A DNA stretch of 16,809 nt from Candidatus Eiseniibacteriota bacterium (GTDB lineage Bacteria; Eisenbacteria; RBG-16-71-46): NCBI GenBank assembly GCA_031364845.1, contig JANLWX010000084.1, forward strand, positions 1 to 16,809. The letters run 5' to 3'. The position numbers and the translations under genes are program-made. Shown piece after piece: positions 1 to 7,819 of the stretch (position 1 is the stretch's first letter; each line of letters starts with the position of its first letter). The notes beneath the pieces are model-generated. The model searched no databases. It was not told the origin of the DNA and saw only the letters and a list, made by a program, of their open reading frames with translations.

Positions 1-2
1 CC

Positions 3-416
3 GGCGTGATCCTGCTCGGACGCGGCGGGGCGGGCCTGCCGGCACCTCCGCTCGGCGTGCTCGATGTGGTCGTCGAGCGCACCGCCTACGGACGCCAGAT
101 CGACTCGTTCACCGCCGATCTCACGGTCGGTCCGCTCGATCGAACGATGCACGGCGTGTTCATCCGCGCGCCCCGGCTCACGGAGCTCGGGGCCGGGATC
201 GAAGTGATCGCGCGGCTGGCGGCCGCGCACGGACCGGCACCCCAGGGCGAGCCGGTCGGCGTGCGTTCCGGGCGCGTGGTGGGACTGTGCTTTCACCCCG
301 AGCTCACGAACGACTCCGCGCTCCATGCGTGGTTCCTGCAGGAGGTCGCGGGCTTCACGCTGCCCGGCAGCGGGGCAAAGGCCGGCCGTGAACGTACCTC
401 GGGAGCGCGCGAGTGA
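3..416 (+). CDS. pdxT: Pyridoxal 5'-phosphate synthase glutaminase subunit PdxT, 5'-truncated by the window edge
   Basis: Motifs (A)GVILL, VERTAYGRQIDSF (consensus RNAYGRQxxSF), GVFIRAP and FHPELT (catalytic His-Glu). The frame is open from the window start, so the nucleophile Cys would lie just outside. Confidence 0.93.
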   Translation, partial: GVILLGRGGAGLPAPPLGVLDVVVERTAYGRQIDSFTADLTVGPLDRTMHGVFIRAPRLTELGAGIEVIARLAAAHGPAPQGEPVGVRSGRVVGLCFHPELTNDSALHAWFLQEVAGFTLPGSGAKAGRERTSGARE

Positions 417-1441
417 CGGCGGCCCGCAGTCCCGATCGTGTCGCGCTCCATGCATTTCTGGAACGCCACCGCACTTTCCTGATCACGACCCATATCAATC
501 CCGACGGTGACGGCATCGGCAGCGAAGTCGCGATGGCGCTGTGGCTGCGCGAACGCGGCAAGACCGTCCACGTGCTGAACGACTCGCCGCTGCCGCACGC
601 GTACCGGTTCCTGGCCCAGCACCATCCGGTCGAGACGTGGACCGCGGAACTGGCCGAGCGCCGTTTCAGCGAATGCGATGCGCTGCTGGTGCTCGACACC
701 AGCAACCGCCAGCGGATCGGGCGGCTCGCGGATCACATCGACCAGCACATCATCGCGGTCGCGGTCGTCGATCACCACGTCACGCACCAGGGCTTCGGCA
801 GCGTGAACGTGATCGAACCCGATGCGGCCGCCGCGGCGGAGATGGTGTACGACCTGATCCGCGAAGGCGAAGGCACGATCACGACCGCAATCGCCGAGGC
901 GCTCTACATCGGGCTCATGACCGACACCGGATCGTTCCGCTACTCCAACACCGACGGTGCCGCGCACCGCATGGCGGCGACGTTGCTCGATACCGGCATC
1001 GATCCGCAGTTGCTCTACTCGCGCGTCAACGCGCAGGCGCCTGCCGGACGCCTGCGGTTCTTCGGCGAAGTGCTGAGTGCGATGGAAGTGCACGATCAGG
1101 GCCGGATCGTCGTGCTCGAAGCGGCCCCCGAACACTTTCAGCGCAACGGGCTCGTCGGCGCCGACACCGAGGGCCTGGTCGATCTGCCGCGGATGATCGC
1201 CGGGGTCGAGGTCGTGGTGCTGTTCTCCGAGGTCGAGCCGAACAAGGTGAAGGTGAGCATGCGTTCGACCGGGCGCGTGTCGATCGACACGATCGCATCC
1301 GCGTTGAACGGCGGCGGACATCCGCATGCAGCCGGTGCCATGGTGACGGGCAGCCGCGCGGAGGCGCGCGCGCGCGTGCTGCCCGAATTGTCGCGGCGGG
1401 TCGCCGAACTCGAAGGCACCACACCGGCGCCCGCGGGATGA
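413..1441 (+). CDS. nrnA: DHH/DHHA1 family phosphoesterase (bifunctional oligoribonuclease/pAp phosphatase, NrnA-like)
   Basis: THINPDGDGIGS, LDTS, VDHH, TDTGSF and C-terminal GGGHPHAAG. The GTG start overlaps the pdxT stop (GTGA). Confidence 0.9.
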   Translation: MTAARSPDRVALHAFLERHRTFLITTHINPDGDGIGSEVAMALWLRERGKTVHVLNDSPLPHAYRFLAQHHPVETWTAELAERRFSECDALLVLDTSNRQRIGRLADHIDQHIIAVAVVDHHVTHQGFGSVNVIEPDAAAAAEMVYDLIREGEGTITTAIAEALYIGLMTDTGSFRYSNTDGAAHRMAATLLDTGIDPQLLYSRVNAQAPAGRLRFFGEVLSAMEVHDQGRIVVLEAAPEHFQRNGLVGADTEGLVDLPRMIAGVEVVVLFSEVEPNKVKVSMRSTGRVSIDTIASALNGGGHPHAAGAMVTGSRAEARARVLPELSRRVAELEGTTPAPAG

Positions 1442-2103
1442 GCGTACCGGCCATTCCCGCGATCGACGTGTCGGTCACCGCCACGGGGCTCGGTCATCGT
1501 TTCGCTCCCGGCCGCGGTCTCGAGTCGCTGGACTTCGCGCTCGCGGGGCCGGGGGTGGTCGCCGTGACCGGCATGAACGGAAGCGGCAAGAGCACGCTGC
1601 TGCGGATCGTGGCCGGGCTGCTGCGCCCGACCCGCGGAAGCTGCGAGGTCCGCGCGGAGGGACGCGCGATCGATCCGCCGCAGCGCCGCACGATCGCAGG
1701 CTTCGCCGCACCCGAACTCGCGTTCTACGATGAGATGTCGGTGGAGGAGAACTTGCTCTTTGCCGCGGCGGCGCGCGGAGCGGGAGCGGCGCAGGAAGCG
1801 ATCGCGACGGCGCTCGCGGCGACCGGGCTCGAAGCGCGCGCCAAAGACCGCATCGCCGCGCTCTCGTCGGGCTTGCGCCAGCGCGTGCGGCTCGCATTCG
1901 CGATCCTCCATCGCCCCGCACTCCTGCTGCTGGACGAACCCGGAAGTCATCTGGATGGTCCCGGCCGCGAAATCGTCGAGCGCATCGTCGACGACTTCCG
2001 CCATCAGGGTCTCGTGCTGCTCGCCACCAACGACGAACGGGAGTTACGACTTGCCGACCGGAGAATCGAACTTCGGAGCCGCGGTCTGGGCGATCCTGCG
2101 TAA
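1438..2103 (+). CDS. ccmA: Heme exporter ABC ATP-binding protein CcmA
   Basis: C-terminal part of track ORF 541..2103; ATG at 1438 overlaps the nrnA stop (ATGA). Walker A GMNGSGKST, signature LSSGLRQR, Walker B LLLLDEP. Lies directly upstream of ccmB/C. Confidence 0.88.
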   Translation: MSVPAIPAIDVSVTATGLGHRFAPGRGLESLDFALAGPGVVAVTGMNGSGKSTLLRIVAGLLRPTRGSCEVRAEGRAIDPPQRRTIAGFAAPELAFYDEMSVEENLLFAAAARGAGAAQEAIATALAATGLEARAKDRIAALSSGLRQRVRLAFAILHRPALLLLDEPGSHLDGPGREIVERIVDDFRHQGLVLLATNDERELRLADRRIELRSRGLGDPA

Positions 2104-2725
2104 GGAGTGCCGGACCGAGTGGCGCACCCGCTACGGGCTCAACGCCTCGCTGCTGTTCGCGCTCACGACGCTCACCACGGTGAGCTTCGCGGCGGGACGG
2201 CTCGGCGACCGCGTCGATCTGATGAGCGCGTTCCTGTGGATCGTGCTGCTGTTCGCTTCGATGGCCTCGCTCGCCCACGCGTTCGTGCGCGAAGTGGACG
2301 GGCACACGCTCACGTTCCTCCGGATGGTCGCCTCACCCGCCGCGATCGCGGTCGGCAAGCTGCTGTTCAATCTCGTGTTCCTGCTGGTGCTCGAAGCCGT
2401 CACGGTACCGCTGTTCTTCATCCTGATGGATGCGCCGCCGCCGCAATGGGGCCGGTTCCTCGCCTTGCTCGGCCTGGGCAGCCTGGCGCTCGCTTCGACG
2501 AGCACGCTGGTGGGCGCGATCATCGCCCAGACCCGCAGCCGCGGCGCGCTGTTCGCGGCCGTGTCGCTGCCGCTCTTGTTGCCGGTGATGGCGGCGGCCG
2601 TGAGCGGAACGCGCAACCAGTGGCAGAACCTGTCGGTCCGTTCGGAGCTCGGACTGCTCTTAGGCTTCACCGCCGCGGTGCTCGGTGTGAGTGTGTTGTT
2701 GTACGATCACCTGTGGAACGACTGA
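2051..2725 (+). CDS. ccmB: Heme exporter membrane protein CcmB
   Basis: Part of track ORF 1730..2725. TTG at 2051 with GGGAG SD at 2039-2043. N-terminal AILRKECRTEWR, FVREVDGHTL, GKLLFN and LPLLLP motifs; about 6 hydrophobic segments. Start position inferred. Confidence 0.88.
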   Translation: MPTGESNFGAAVWAILRKECRTEWRTRYGLNASLLFALTTLTTVSFAAGRLGDRVDLMSAFLWIVLLFASMASLAHAFVREVDGHTLTFLRMVASPAAIAVGKLLFNLVFLLVLEAVTVPLFFILMDAPPPQWGRFLALLGLGSLALASTSTLVGAIIAQTRSRGALFAAVSLPLLLPVMAAAVSGTRNQWQNLSVRSELGLLLGFTAAVLGVSVLLYDHLWND

Positions 2726-2753
2726 CGATGGGCCTTCGGGAGGGATTGCGCGG

Positions 2754-3410
2754 ATGATCCTGCGCGTGGTGCTGCTGTTGTGGATCGCGGGTTCACTGGT
2801 GGCGGGATTTCTGTGGGCGCCGCTGGTTCCGGGCCTCGGGCCCACGACCCGCGTGCTCTATTTCCACATTCCGTCGGCGTGGATTACCGTGGTGGCGCTC
2901 GCGTGGTCCATGGTGCACAGCATCCTCTATCTCAAGCGCAAACGGCTCGAGCACGACGATCATGCGGCGTCCGCGGCCGAGCTCGGCCTGCTGTTCTGCA
3001 TCGTCGCCACCGTGAGCGGCTCGATGTGGGCGAAGGCCGTGTGGCACTCCTACTGGAACTGGGATCCGCGCGAGACTTCGATCTTCTTCCTGCTGCTGAT
3101 CTACGGCGCCTACCTCGCGCTGCGCAGCTCGATCGAGAACGACGAACGCCGCGCGCGGTTGTCGGCGGTGTACTCGGCGATCGCGTTCGTGACCGTACCG
3201 TTTCTGCTGTTCATCGTGCCGCGGCTCTATTTTTCACTCCACCCGGACACGATCATCAACACACGCGGTAAGGTCGACATGGACCCTCGCATCCGCACCG
3301 CCTTCTTCGCGATGCTGATCGGTTTCACCGGGTTGTTCTTCTGGATCCTCAACCTGAAAGTCCGGCTGTTGCGCCTCGAGCGCAGCCGGGCGGAACAGGC
3401 CGCCGTTTGA
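2754..3410 (+). CDS. ccmC: Heme chaperone-loading membrane protein CcmC
   Basis: ATG 2754 after GGGAGGGA. WWD motif WAKAVWHSYWNWDPRET with the two flanking conserved His (YFHIPSAW, SLHP). Confidence 0.93.
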   Translation: MILRVVLLLWIAGSLVAGFLWAPLVPGLGPTTRVLYFHIPSAWITVVALAWSMVHSILYLKRKRLEHDDHAASAAELGLLFCIVATVSGSMWAKAVWHSYWNWDPRETSIFFLLLIYGAYLALRSSIENDERRARLSAVYSAIAFVTVPFLLFIVPRLYFSLHPDTIINTRGKVDMDPRIRTAFFAMLIGFTGLFFWILNLKVRLLRLERSRAEQAAV

Positions 3411-3411
3411 A

Positions 3412-3471
3412 CCGGTCGCCCGGCCGAAGTCTTCCGGGCGGCTCAGCACGACCGGGACGCGCGATGCGCCC
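3412..3471 (+). other. GC-rich stem-loops in the ccmC-ccmD spacer
   Basis: GTCGCCCGG (3415-3423) pairs with CCGGGCGGC (3434-3442). An alternative outer pairing is CCGGTCG (3412-3418) with CGACCGG (3449-3455). No U-tract follows. Confidence 0.4.
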
Positions 3472-3488
3472 GTAGCAAGGAGATTCGA

Positions 3489-3596
3489 CTGGACGCGAAC
3501 GGCGTGGTGCTCGGTGTGGCTCTGCTGGCATGGGGACTGTTGTTCTTCTACCTGGTGCGGCTCGAACGGCGCATCAAGGATCTGGAGAAGCGATGA
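3489..3596 (+). CDS. ccmD: CcmD family small membrane protein (35 aa), not in the ORF track
   Basis: (M)DANGVVLGVALLAWGLLFFYLVRLERRIKDLEKR*: one TM helix plus a charged amphipathic tail. It lies between ccmC and ccmE and its stop overlaps the ccmE ATG (ATGA). AAGGAG SD (3477-3482) is 6 nt before CTG 3489; the alternative start is GTG 3504. Confidence 0.85.
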   Translation: MDANGVVLGVALLAWGLLFFYLVRLERRIKDLEKR

Positions 3597-3979
3597 ACGT
3601 GAAGATCGTGCTCGCGGTCGTGCTGCTCGCCGTCGCGGCGGGCTTCGGAGTCACCAGCTTTCGCAAGACGATGACGCCCTATATCTCGTTCGCCGAGGCG
3701 CGCAACGCTTCGGGGATGGTGCAGGTCAACGGCGTGCTGGCGAACAAGAACTATGTCCTGAAGCAGGACGAGCAGTACCTCAAGTTCGATCTCAAAGATT
3801 CGAAGGGTGAGGTCATGAACGTCGAGTACCGCGGCGTGATTCCCGGCAACTTCGATCAGGCGATCTCGATCGTGGCGATCGGGCGCTATCAGAAGGGCAC
3901 GTTCGCGGCCGACCAGTTGCTGGTGAAGTGCCCATCCAAATACCAGGCCGAAGCGGAGCAGGGAAAGTCGGCGACATGA
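3593..3979 (+). CDS. ccmE: Heme chaperone CcmE, CxxxY variant
   Basis: ATG 3593 (MNVKIVLAVVLL..., N-terminal anchor), VEYRGVIPGNF, and FAADQLLVKCPSKY with Cys in place of the canonical His of HxxxY. Confidence 0.92.
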   Translation: MNVKIVLAVVLLAVAAGFGVTSFRKTMTPYISFAEARNASGMVQVNGVLANKNYVLKQDEQYLKFDLKDSKGEVMNVEYRGVIPGNFDQAISIVAIGRYQKGTFAADQLLVKCPSKYQAEAEQGKSAT

Positions 3980-6192
3980 ACCTCGGTCAGTTTCTGTGCT
4001 GGATCGCATTCTTCGCCTCGCTGATCTCCGGCCTGTCGTGGCTCGCGGCGACCGGAGGACGTGAAGCCGCACTGCGTCCGGCGCGCATCGCGTTTCGCAT
4101 CCAGTGGCTGGCGCTGTTCGCCGCCGCGGGTACGCTGTGGTGGATCCTGTTCAGCCACGATTTCCACTACCAGTACGTCGCGTCCTACTCCTCGAAGGCG
4201 ATGCCCGCGCGCTACGTCTATGCCGCGTTCTGGGGCGGGCAGGAGGGCACGTTCCTCCTGTGGGCGCTGCTCACGACCACGCTCGGGCTGATCCTGATGC
4301 GGCTGCGCCACTCGCTCACCACGCCGGCGATGTTCTTCCTCAACCTGCCGCTGGTGCTGCTCGGATTCGTGACCGTGATGCGCGGACCGTTCCTCGAGTT
4401 CGCGAACGGTCGGATTCCGGTCGACGGCAATGGCTTGAACCCCTTGCTGCAGGATCCGTGGATGACGATCCATCCGCCGATCCTGTTCCTCGGCTTCTCG
4501 TCGCTCGCGGTGCCGTTCGCGATCGCGATGGCCGCACTCGTGCGCCGCGAATGGGACGGCTGGATCAAGCCCGCGCTGCCGTGGGTCGTGTTCTCGACCG
4601 GCATCCTCGCGACCGGATTCATCATGGGCGGCGTGTGGGCGTACAAGGTGCTCGGGTGGGGCGGCTACTGGGGATGGGATCCGGTCGAGAACGGCTCGCT
4701 GATCCCGTGGCTCTCGAACACGGCATTGCTCCACGGGCTGCTGGTGCAACGCATCTCGGGCAGTCTGCGGCGCACGAACTTCTTCCTCGCGATCACGTCC
4801 TACGTGCTGGTGCTCTATGCGTCGTTCCTCACCCGCAGCGGCGTGCTCGCGGATTTCTCGGTGCACTCGTTCGTCAATCTCGGACTCAACGGATTCCTGC
4901 TGTCGTTCCTGTTCCTGATCATCGGCGTGGGCTACGGCGGGCTCGTGTGGCGGATGCGCGAGATCCCCACACCCGCGAAGCCGCTCGGCAACTTCTCGCG
5001 CGAGTCGATGATGTGGCTCGGCCAGCTGGTGCTGATGCTGATGTGCGTGCTGACCGCGGTCGGTATGAGCGCGCCGCTCATCACGCGCCTGTTCGGCCCG
5101 CCGTCCAACGTCCAGACCTCGTACTACAACATCGTGAACGCACCGCTCGCGGTGGCTCTGGCGCTGCTGGTCGGCATCGCGCCGCTGATGCGGTGGCGCG
5201 AGCAGGATGCGATGGCGCTGGCGCGCGCGGCACTTCCGGCGGTGGTGGTGGCGAGCGCCCTGGCGCTGGTCGCGGTGTTCCTCGGCGTGCGCCAGCCGAT
5301 GCCGGCCGCGGTGATGTTCGCGGCCGCCTTCGCACTCGCGGCGAACGCGATCGTCACGATTCGCGGCTTCCGCGCCGGCTGGAAGCACGGCGTGGCGTTC
5401 CTCGGGCACTTCGGGTTCGCGATGCTCTTGATCGGGGTGGTCGCGTCCTCGGGCTACGGCACCGCGGTCCAGGTGCAGCTGCCGCAGGGCCAGGAGCGCA
5501 CCGCGCTCGGATACCGGCTCACCTTCGAAGGCATGAAGAAGGATGGTGAGGGCAAGGATCACGTGATCGTCGCGGTGCTGGCGCCCGAGCGGAACTTCGA
5601 AGCCCTGCCCGCGATGTACTGGAGCGAGTTCAATCAGGGTTACATGAAGAAGCCGCACATCGAGCGGTTTCTGACCCACGACATCTACATCTCGCCGCTC
5701 GACATGGTCGGCAACGATCCGTCCGAGAATGCGCTGTGGCTCGGCAAGGGCGAGTCGCAGACGATCGGCAAGGTGAAGTACACGTTCGTCGCGTTCGACG
5801 TGCAGGGCATGGGTTCGGCGAACATGCGCATCGCCGCCCAGTTGCGCGCCGAGATCGGCGGGCGCACGGTGACCGTCCGGCCGTTGATCGAAGTGAACGG
5901 TGCGGCGCAGAAGCACGTGCCCGACTATCTGCCGGGCGGGGGATCGGTGACGATCGTGTCGGTCGATCCCGAAAAGGGCCGCGTGGCGCTCGAAGTGCCG
6001 GGCATGGTGAAGCCCGAGAAGACAGGCGAGATCCTGGCACTCGAGGTCAGCACCAAGCCGCTCATCAACCTGGTGTGGCTGGGGGCGGTCGTGATGCTCG
6101 CGAGTGCGTTCATGAGCATGGCGCGCCGCATCATCGACCTGCGGCGCTCGGTGGCGGTGCCGGTGGCGCGTGAGGGCGAAGCGGCGGTCTGA
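3976..6192 (+). CDS. ccmF: Cytochrome c synthetase (heme lyase) CcmF
   Basis: ATG 3976 overlaps the ccmE stop (ATGA). Motifs FWGGQEGTFLLW, GLNPLLQDPWMTIHPP, WWD WAYKVLGWGGYWGWDPVEN, ALLHG, TRSG..SVHSF, GHFG and KPLINLVWLG. Confidence 0.95.
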   Translation: MNLGQFLCWIAFFASLISGLSWLAATGGREAALRPARIAFRIQWLALFAAAGTLWWILFSHDFHYQYVASYSSKAMPARYVYAAFWGGQEGTFLLWALLTTTLGLILMRLRHSLTTPAMFFLNLPLVLLGFVTVMRGPFLEFANGRIPVDGNGLNPLLQDPWMTIHPPILFLGFSSLAVPFAIAMAALVRREWDGWIKPALPWVVFSTGILATGFIMGGVWAYKVLGWGGYWGWDPVENGSLIPWLSNTALLHGLLVQRISGSLRRTNFFLAITSYVLVLYASFLTRSGVLADFSVHSFVNLGLNGFLLSFLFLIIGVGYGGLVWRMREIPTPAKPLGNFSRESMMWLGQLVLMLMCVLTAVGMSAPLITRLFGPPSNVQTSYYNIVNAPLAVALALLVGIAPLMRWREQDAMALARAALPAVVVASALALVAVFLGVRQPMPAAVMFAAAFALAANAIVTIRGFRAGWKHGVAFLGHFGFAMLLIGVVASSGYGTAVQVQLPQGQERTALGYRLTFEGMKKDGEGKDHVIVAVLAPERNFEALPAMYWSEFNQGYMKKPHIERFLTHDIYISPLDMVGNDPSENALWLGKGESQTIGKVKYTFVAFDVQGMGSANMRIAAQLRAEIGGRTVTVRPLIEVNGAAQKHVPDYLPGGGSVTIVSVDPEKGRVALEVPGMVKPEKTGEILALEVSTKPLINLVWLGAVVMLASAFMSMARRIIDLRRSVAVPVAREGEAAV

Positions 6193-6214
6193 GATCTGTT
6201 TCACGTGAGGTTCG

Positions 6215-6253
6215 AAGCGCCCGGAAGGCTCGATTCCTTCCGGGCACTTTTTT
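6215..6253 (+). terminator. Rho-independent terminator of the ccm operon
   Basis: Perfect 10-bp stem GCCCGGAAGG (6219-6228) / CCTTCCGGGC (6236-6245), 7-nt loop, followed by AC-TTTTTT (6246-6253). Confidence 0.85.
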
Positions 6254-6257
6254 ATCG

Positions 6258-6286
6258 TGGACGAGTGCTCGGATGTGCAGTAAGGT
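6258..6286 (+). promoter_or_regulatory. Putative sigma70-type promoter of the DUF6504-dinB-DUF72 cassette
   Basis: TGGACG (6258-6263) - 17 nt - TAAGGT (6281-6286), just after the terminator and 24 nt before ATG 6311. Confidence 0.45.
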
Positions 6287-6310
6287 GCCCCCGGTGCCTG
6301 ATGGTGACTC

Positions 6311-6568
6311 ATGTTCGAGACCGTGAACGACCCCGTGGATGTCCTGACCGCCTTCACCGATGGAAAGCTCGAACCGCTGCGATTCCGCTGGCGGGGAAAT
6401 GTCGTACGCATCCGCAAAGTCACCGGCCGCTGGTCGCGCCGCGAAGGCCAGGCGGAACTGCGATTCTTCTCGGTGGAGGGGCCGGCGACCGACACTTATG
6501 AGTTGTGCTACGACCCGCGCGGGCCGCGCTGGGTGATGAGCCGGGCCTGGACTGCTGGTGCCGGGTGA
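6311..6568 (+). CDS. Small DUF6504-like / stand-alone ImuB-C-like protein (85 aa)
   Basis: PLRFRWRG..I..V.GRW, RFFSVE, YELCYD...RWVM pattern recalled from DUF6504 and the ImuB C-terminal domain. Lies directly upstream of a Y-family polymerase. Confidence 0.75.
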   Translation: MFETVNDPVDVLTAFTDGKLEPLRFRWRGNVVRIRKVTGRWSRREGQAELRFFSVEGPATDTYELCYDPRGPRWVMSRAWTAGAG

Positions 6569-6595
6569 CCGGCTGCCGGCCGGGGTGGGAGACAC

Positions 6596-7813
6596 ATGAT
6601 TCTGCTCGTCGACATGGATTCGTTCTTCGCCTCGGTGGAGCAGGCGCACCACCCGCACCTGCGCGGCCGGCCGGTGATCGTGTGCGGCGATCCGAGCCGG
6701 CGCGGCGTGGTGACCGCGGCGTCGTACGAGGCGCGTCCGACCGGCGTGCGGGCCGGCATGCCGCTGCAGGAGGCACGCCGGCTGTGCCCCGAGGCGGAGT
6801 ACGTCGAAGGCAATCCCGACAAATATGTCGCGGTGTCGGTGCAGCTCTTGAACCTCTATCTGGAGTACACGCCGGATGTCGAGCCGTTCAGCGTGGATGA
6901 AGCCTTCGTGGGCCTCGGAACCAAGGCCCGCACGCTCGATCGGGCGACGGAGATCGCTGCCGAGATTCAGCGCCGGATCCACGAACGGTTCGCACTCGGT
7001 GCCTCGATCGGCATCGGGCCGAACAAGCTGATCGCCAAGATGGCCTCGGGCGTGAACAAGCCGCGCGGGCTCACCGCGTTCGATGCCGGGAGCTTCTGCG
7101 ATCACTTCTGGCCCAGGGACATACAACAGTTGTGGGGCGTGGGACCTCAGCTCGCCGAGCGCATGCGGTCGCTCGGGATTTCGACCGTCGGTGAGCTGGC
7201 CCGCGCCCCGATTCACATCCTGAAAGGCGCCTTCGGCATGATCGGCCCGCAGCTGCGCGAAGCGGCCCACGGTGCCGACGACACGCCGCTGATTCCCTAT
7301 CACGAAGGCGTCGATGCGAAGTCGATGGGCCACGAAGTCACACTGCCCGCCGACAGCGCCGACCGCGAAGCGCTGATCGGCATGTTGCTGCGCCTGTCGG
7401 ATCAGGTCGCGCGCCGCATGCGCAGCGAGGGCTACGTGGGCCGCACGGTGGCGCTCAAGCTGCGCGACCATCGCTTCCGCACACACATCCGCCAGCGCGC
7501 GCTCGCGAGCCACACCGACGATCACATGAGCGTGTTCACGGTGGTGGAGGAGCTGTTCGGGAAACTGTGGAACGGCGGTCCGGTGCGATTGCTCGGGGTG
7601 AATGTGTCGAGCCTCGAATCGGCCGAGAGGGCCGGTCAGACCGAGCTATTCGACACCAACCGCCGCGCGCGCGAACTGCGCGAGGCGCTCGATCGCGTGC
7701 GCGACAAGCTCGGCGAAGCGAGCGTGGTCCCGGCGGGCACGCTCACCCATCGCGGCAAGCTCGGCCACGTTCCGTTCGGCGCGGTCGGGCCGGCGCGATC
7801 GCCGAAGTCGTAA
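6596..7813 (+). CDS. dinB: Y-family DNA polymerase (DNA polymerase IV/DinB-like)
   Basis: LVDMDSFFASVEQ, ASYEAR, SVDEAF (catalytic acidic residues intact), NKLIAKMAS..NKPRG, HhH LWGVG, little finger KSMGHEVT...VRLLGV, clamp motif QTELF. GGGAG SD upstream. Confidence 0.95.
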   Translation: MILLVDMDSFFASVEQAHHPHLRGRPVIVCGDPSRRGVVTAASYEARPTGVRAGMPLQEARRLCPEAEYVEGNPDKYVAVSVQLLNLYLEYTPDVEPFSVDEAFVGLGTKARTLDRATEIAAEIQRRIHERFALGASIGIGPNKLIAKMASGVNKPRGLTAFDAGSFCDHFWPRDIQQLWGVGPQLAERMRSLGISTVGELARAPIHILKGAFGMIGPQLREAAHGADDTPLIPYHEGVDAKSMGHEVTLPADSADREALIGMLLRLSDQVARRMRSEGYVGRTVALKLRDHRFRTHIRQRALASHTDDHMSVFTVVEELFGKLWNGGPVRLLGVNVSSLESAERAGQTELFDTNRRARELREALDRVRDKLGEASVVPAGTLTHRGKLGHVPFGAVGPARSPKS

Positions 7814-7819
7814 CCTTCG

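Noticed and set aside
541..1437. N-terminal ~300 aa of the 520-aa track ORF, suggesting an extended ABC ATPase
   Set aside because: Out-of-frame overlap with nrnA and low-complexity Arg-rich sequence. The ATGA-coupled start at 1438 explains the gene.
3408..3455. Selenocysteine recoding (UGA plus SECIS-like hairpin) at the end of ccmC
   Set aside because: CcmC is complete at this stop and no conserved Cys position corresponds to the UGA.
6241..6271. CIRCE-like GCACT...GAGTGC
   Set aside because: The spacer is 13 nt rather than 9, the outer TTA/TAA bases are missing, and the left half is part of the terminator.
3889..6495. 868-aa minus-strand ORF, and the similar 293..1327, 6131..7525 and 8580..9800 ORFs
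   Set aside because: Antisense shadows of well-supported + strand genes. Long stop-free reverse frames are expected with high-GC codon bias; the products are Arg/His-rich and show no motifs.
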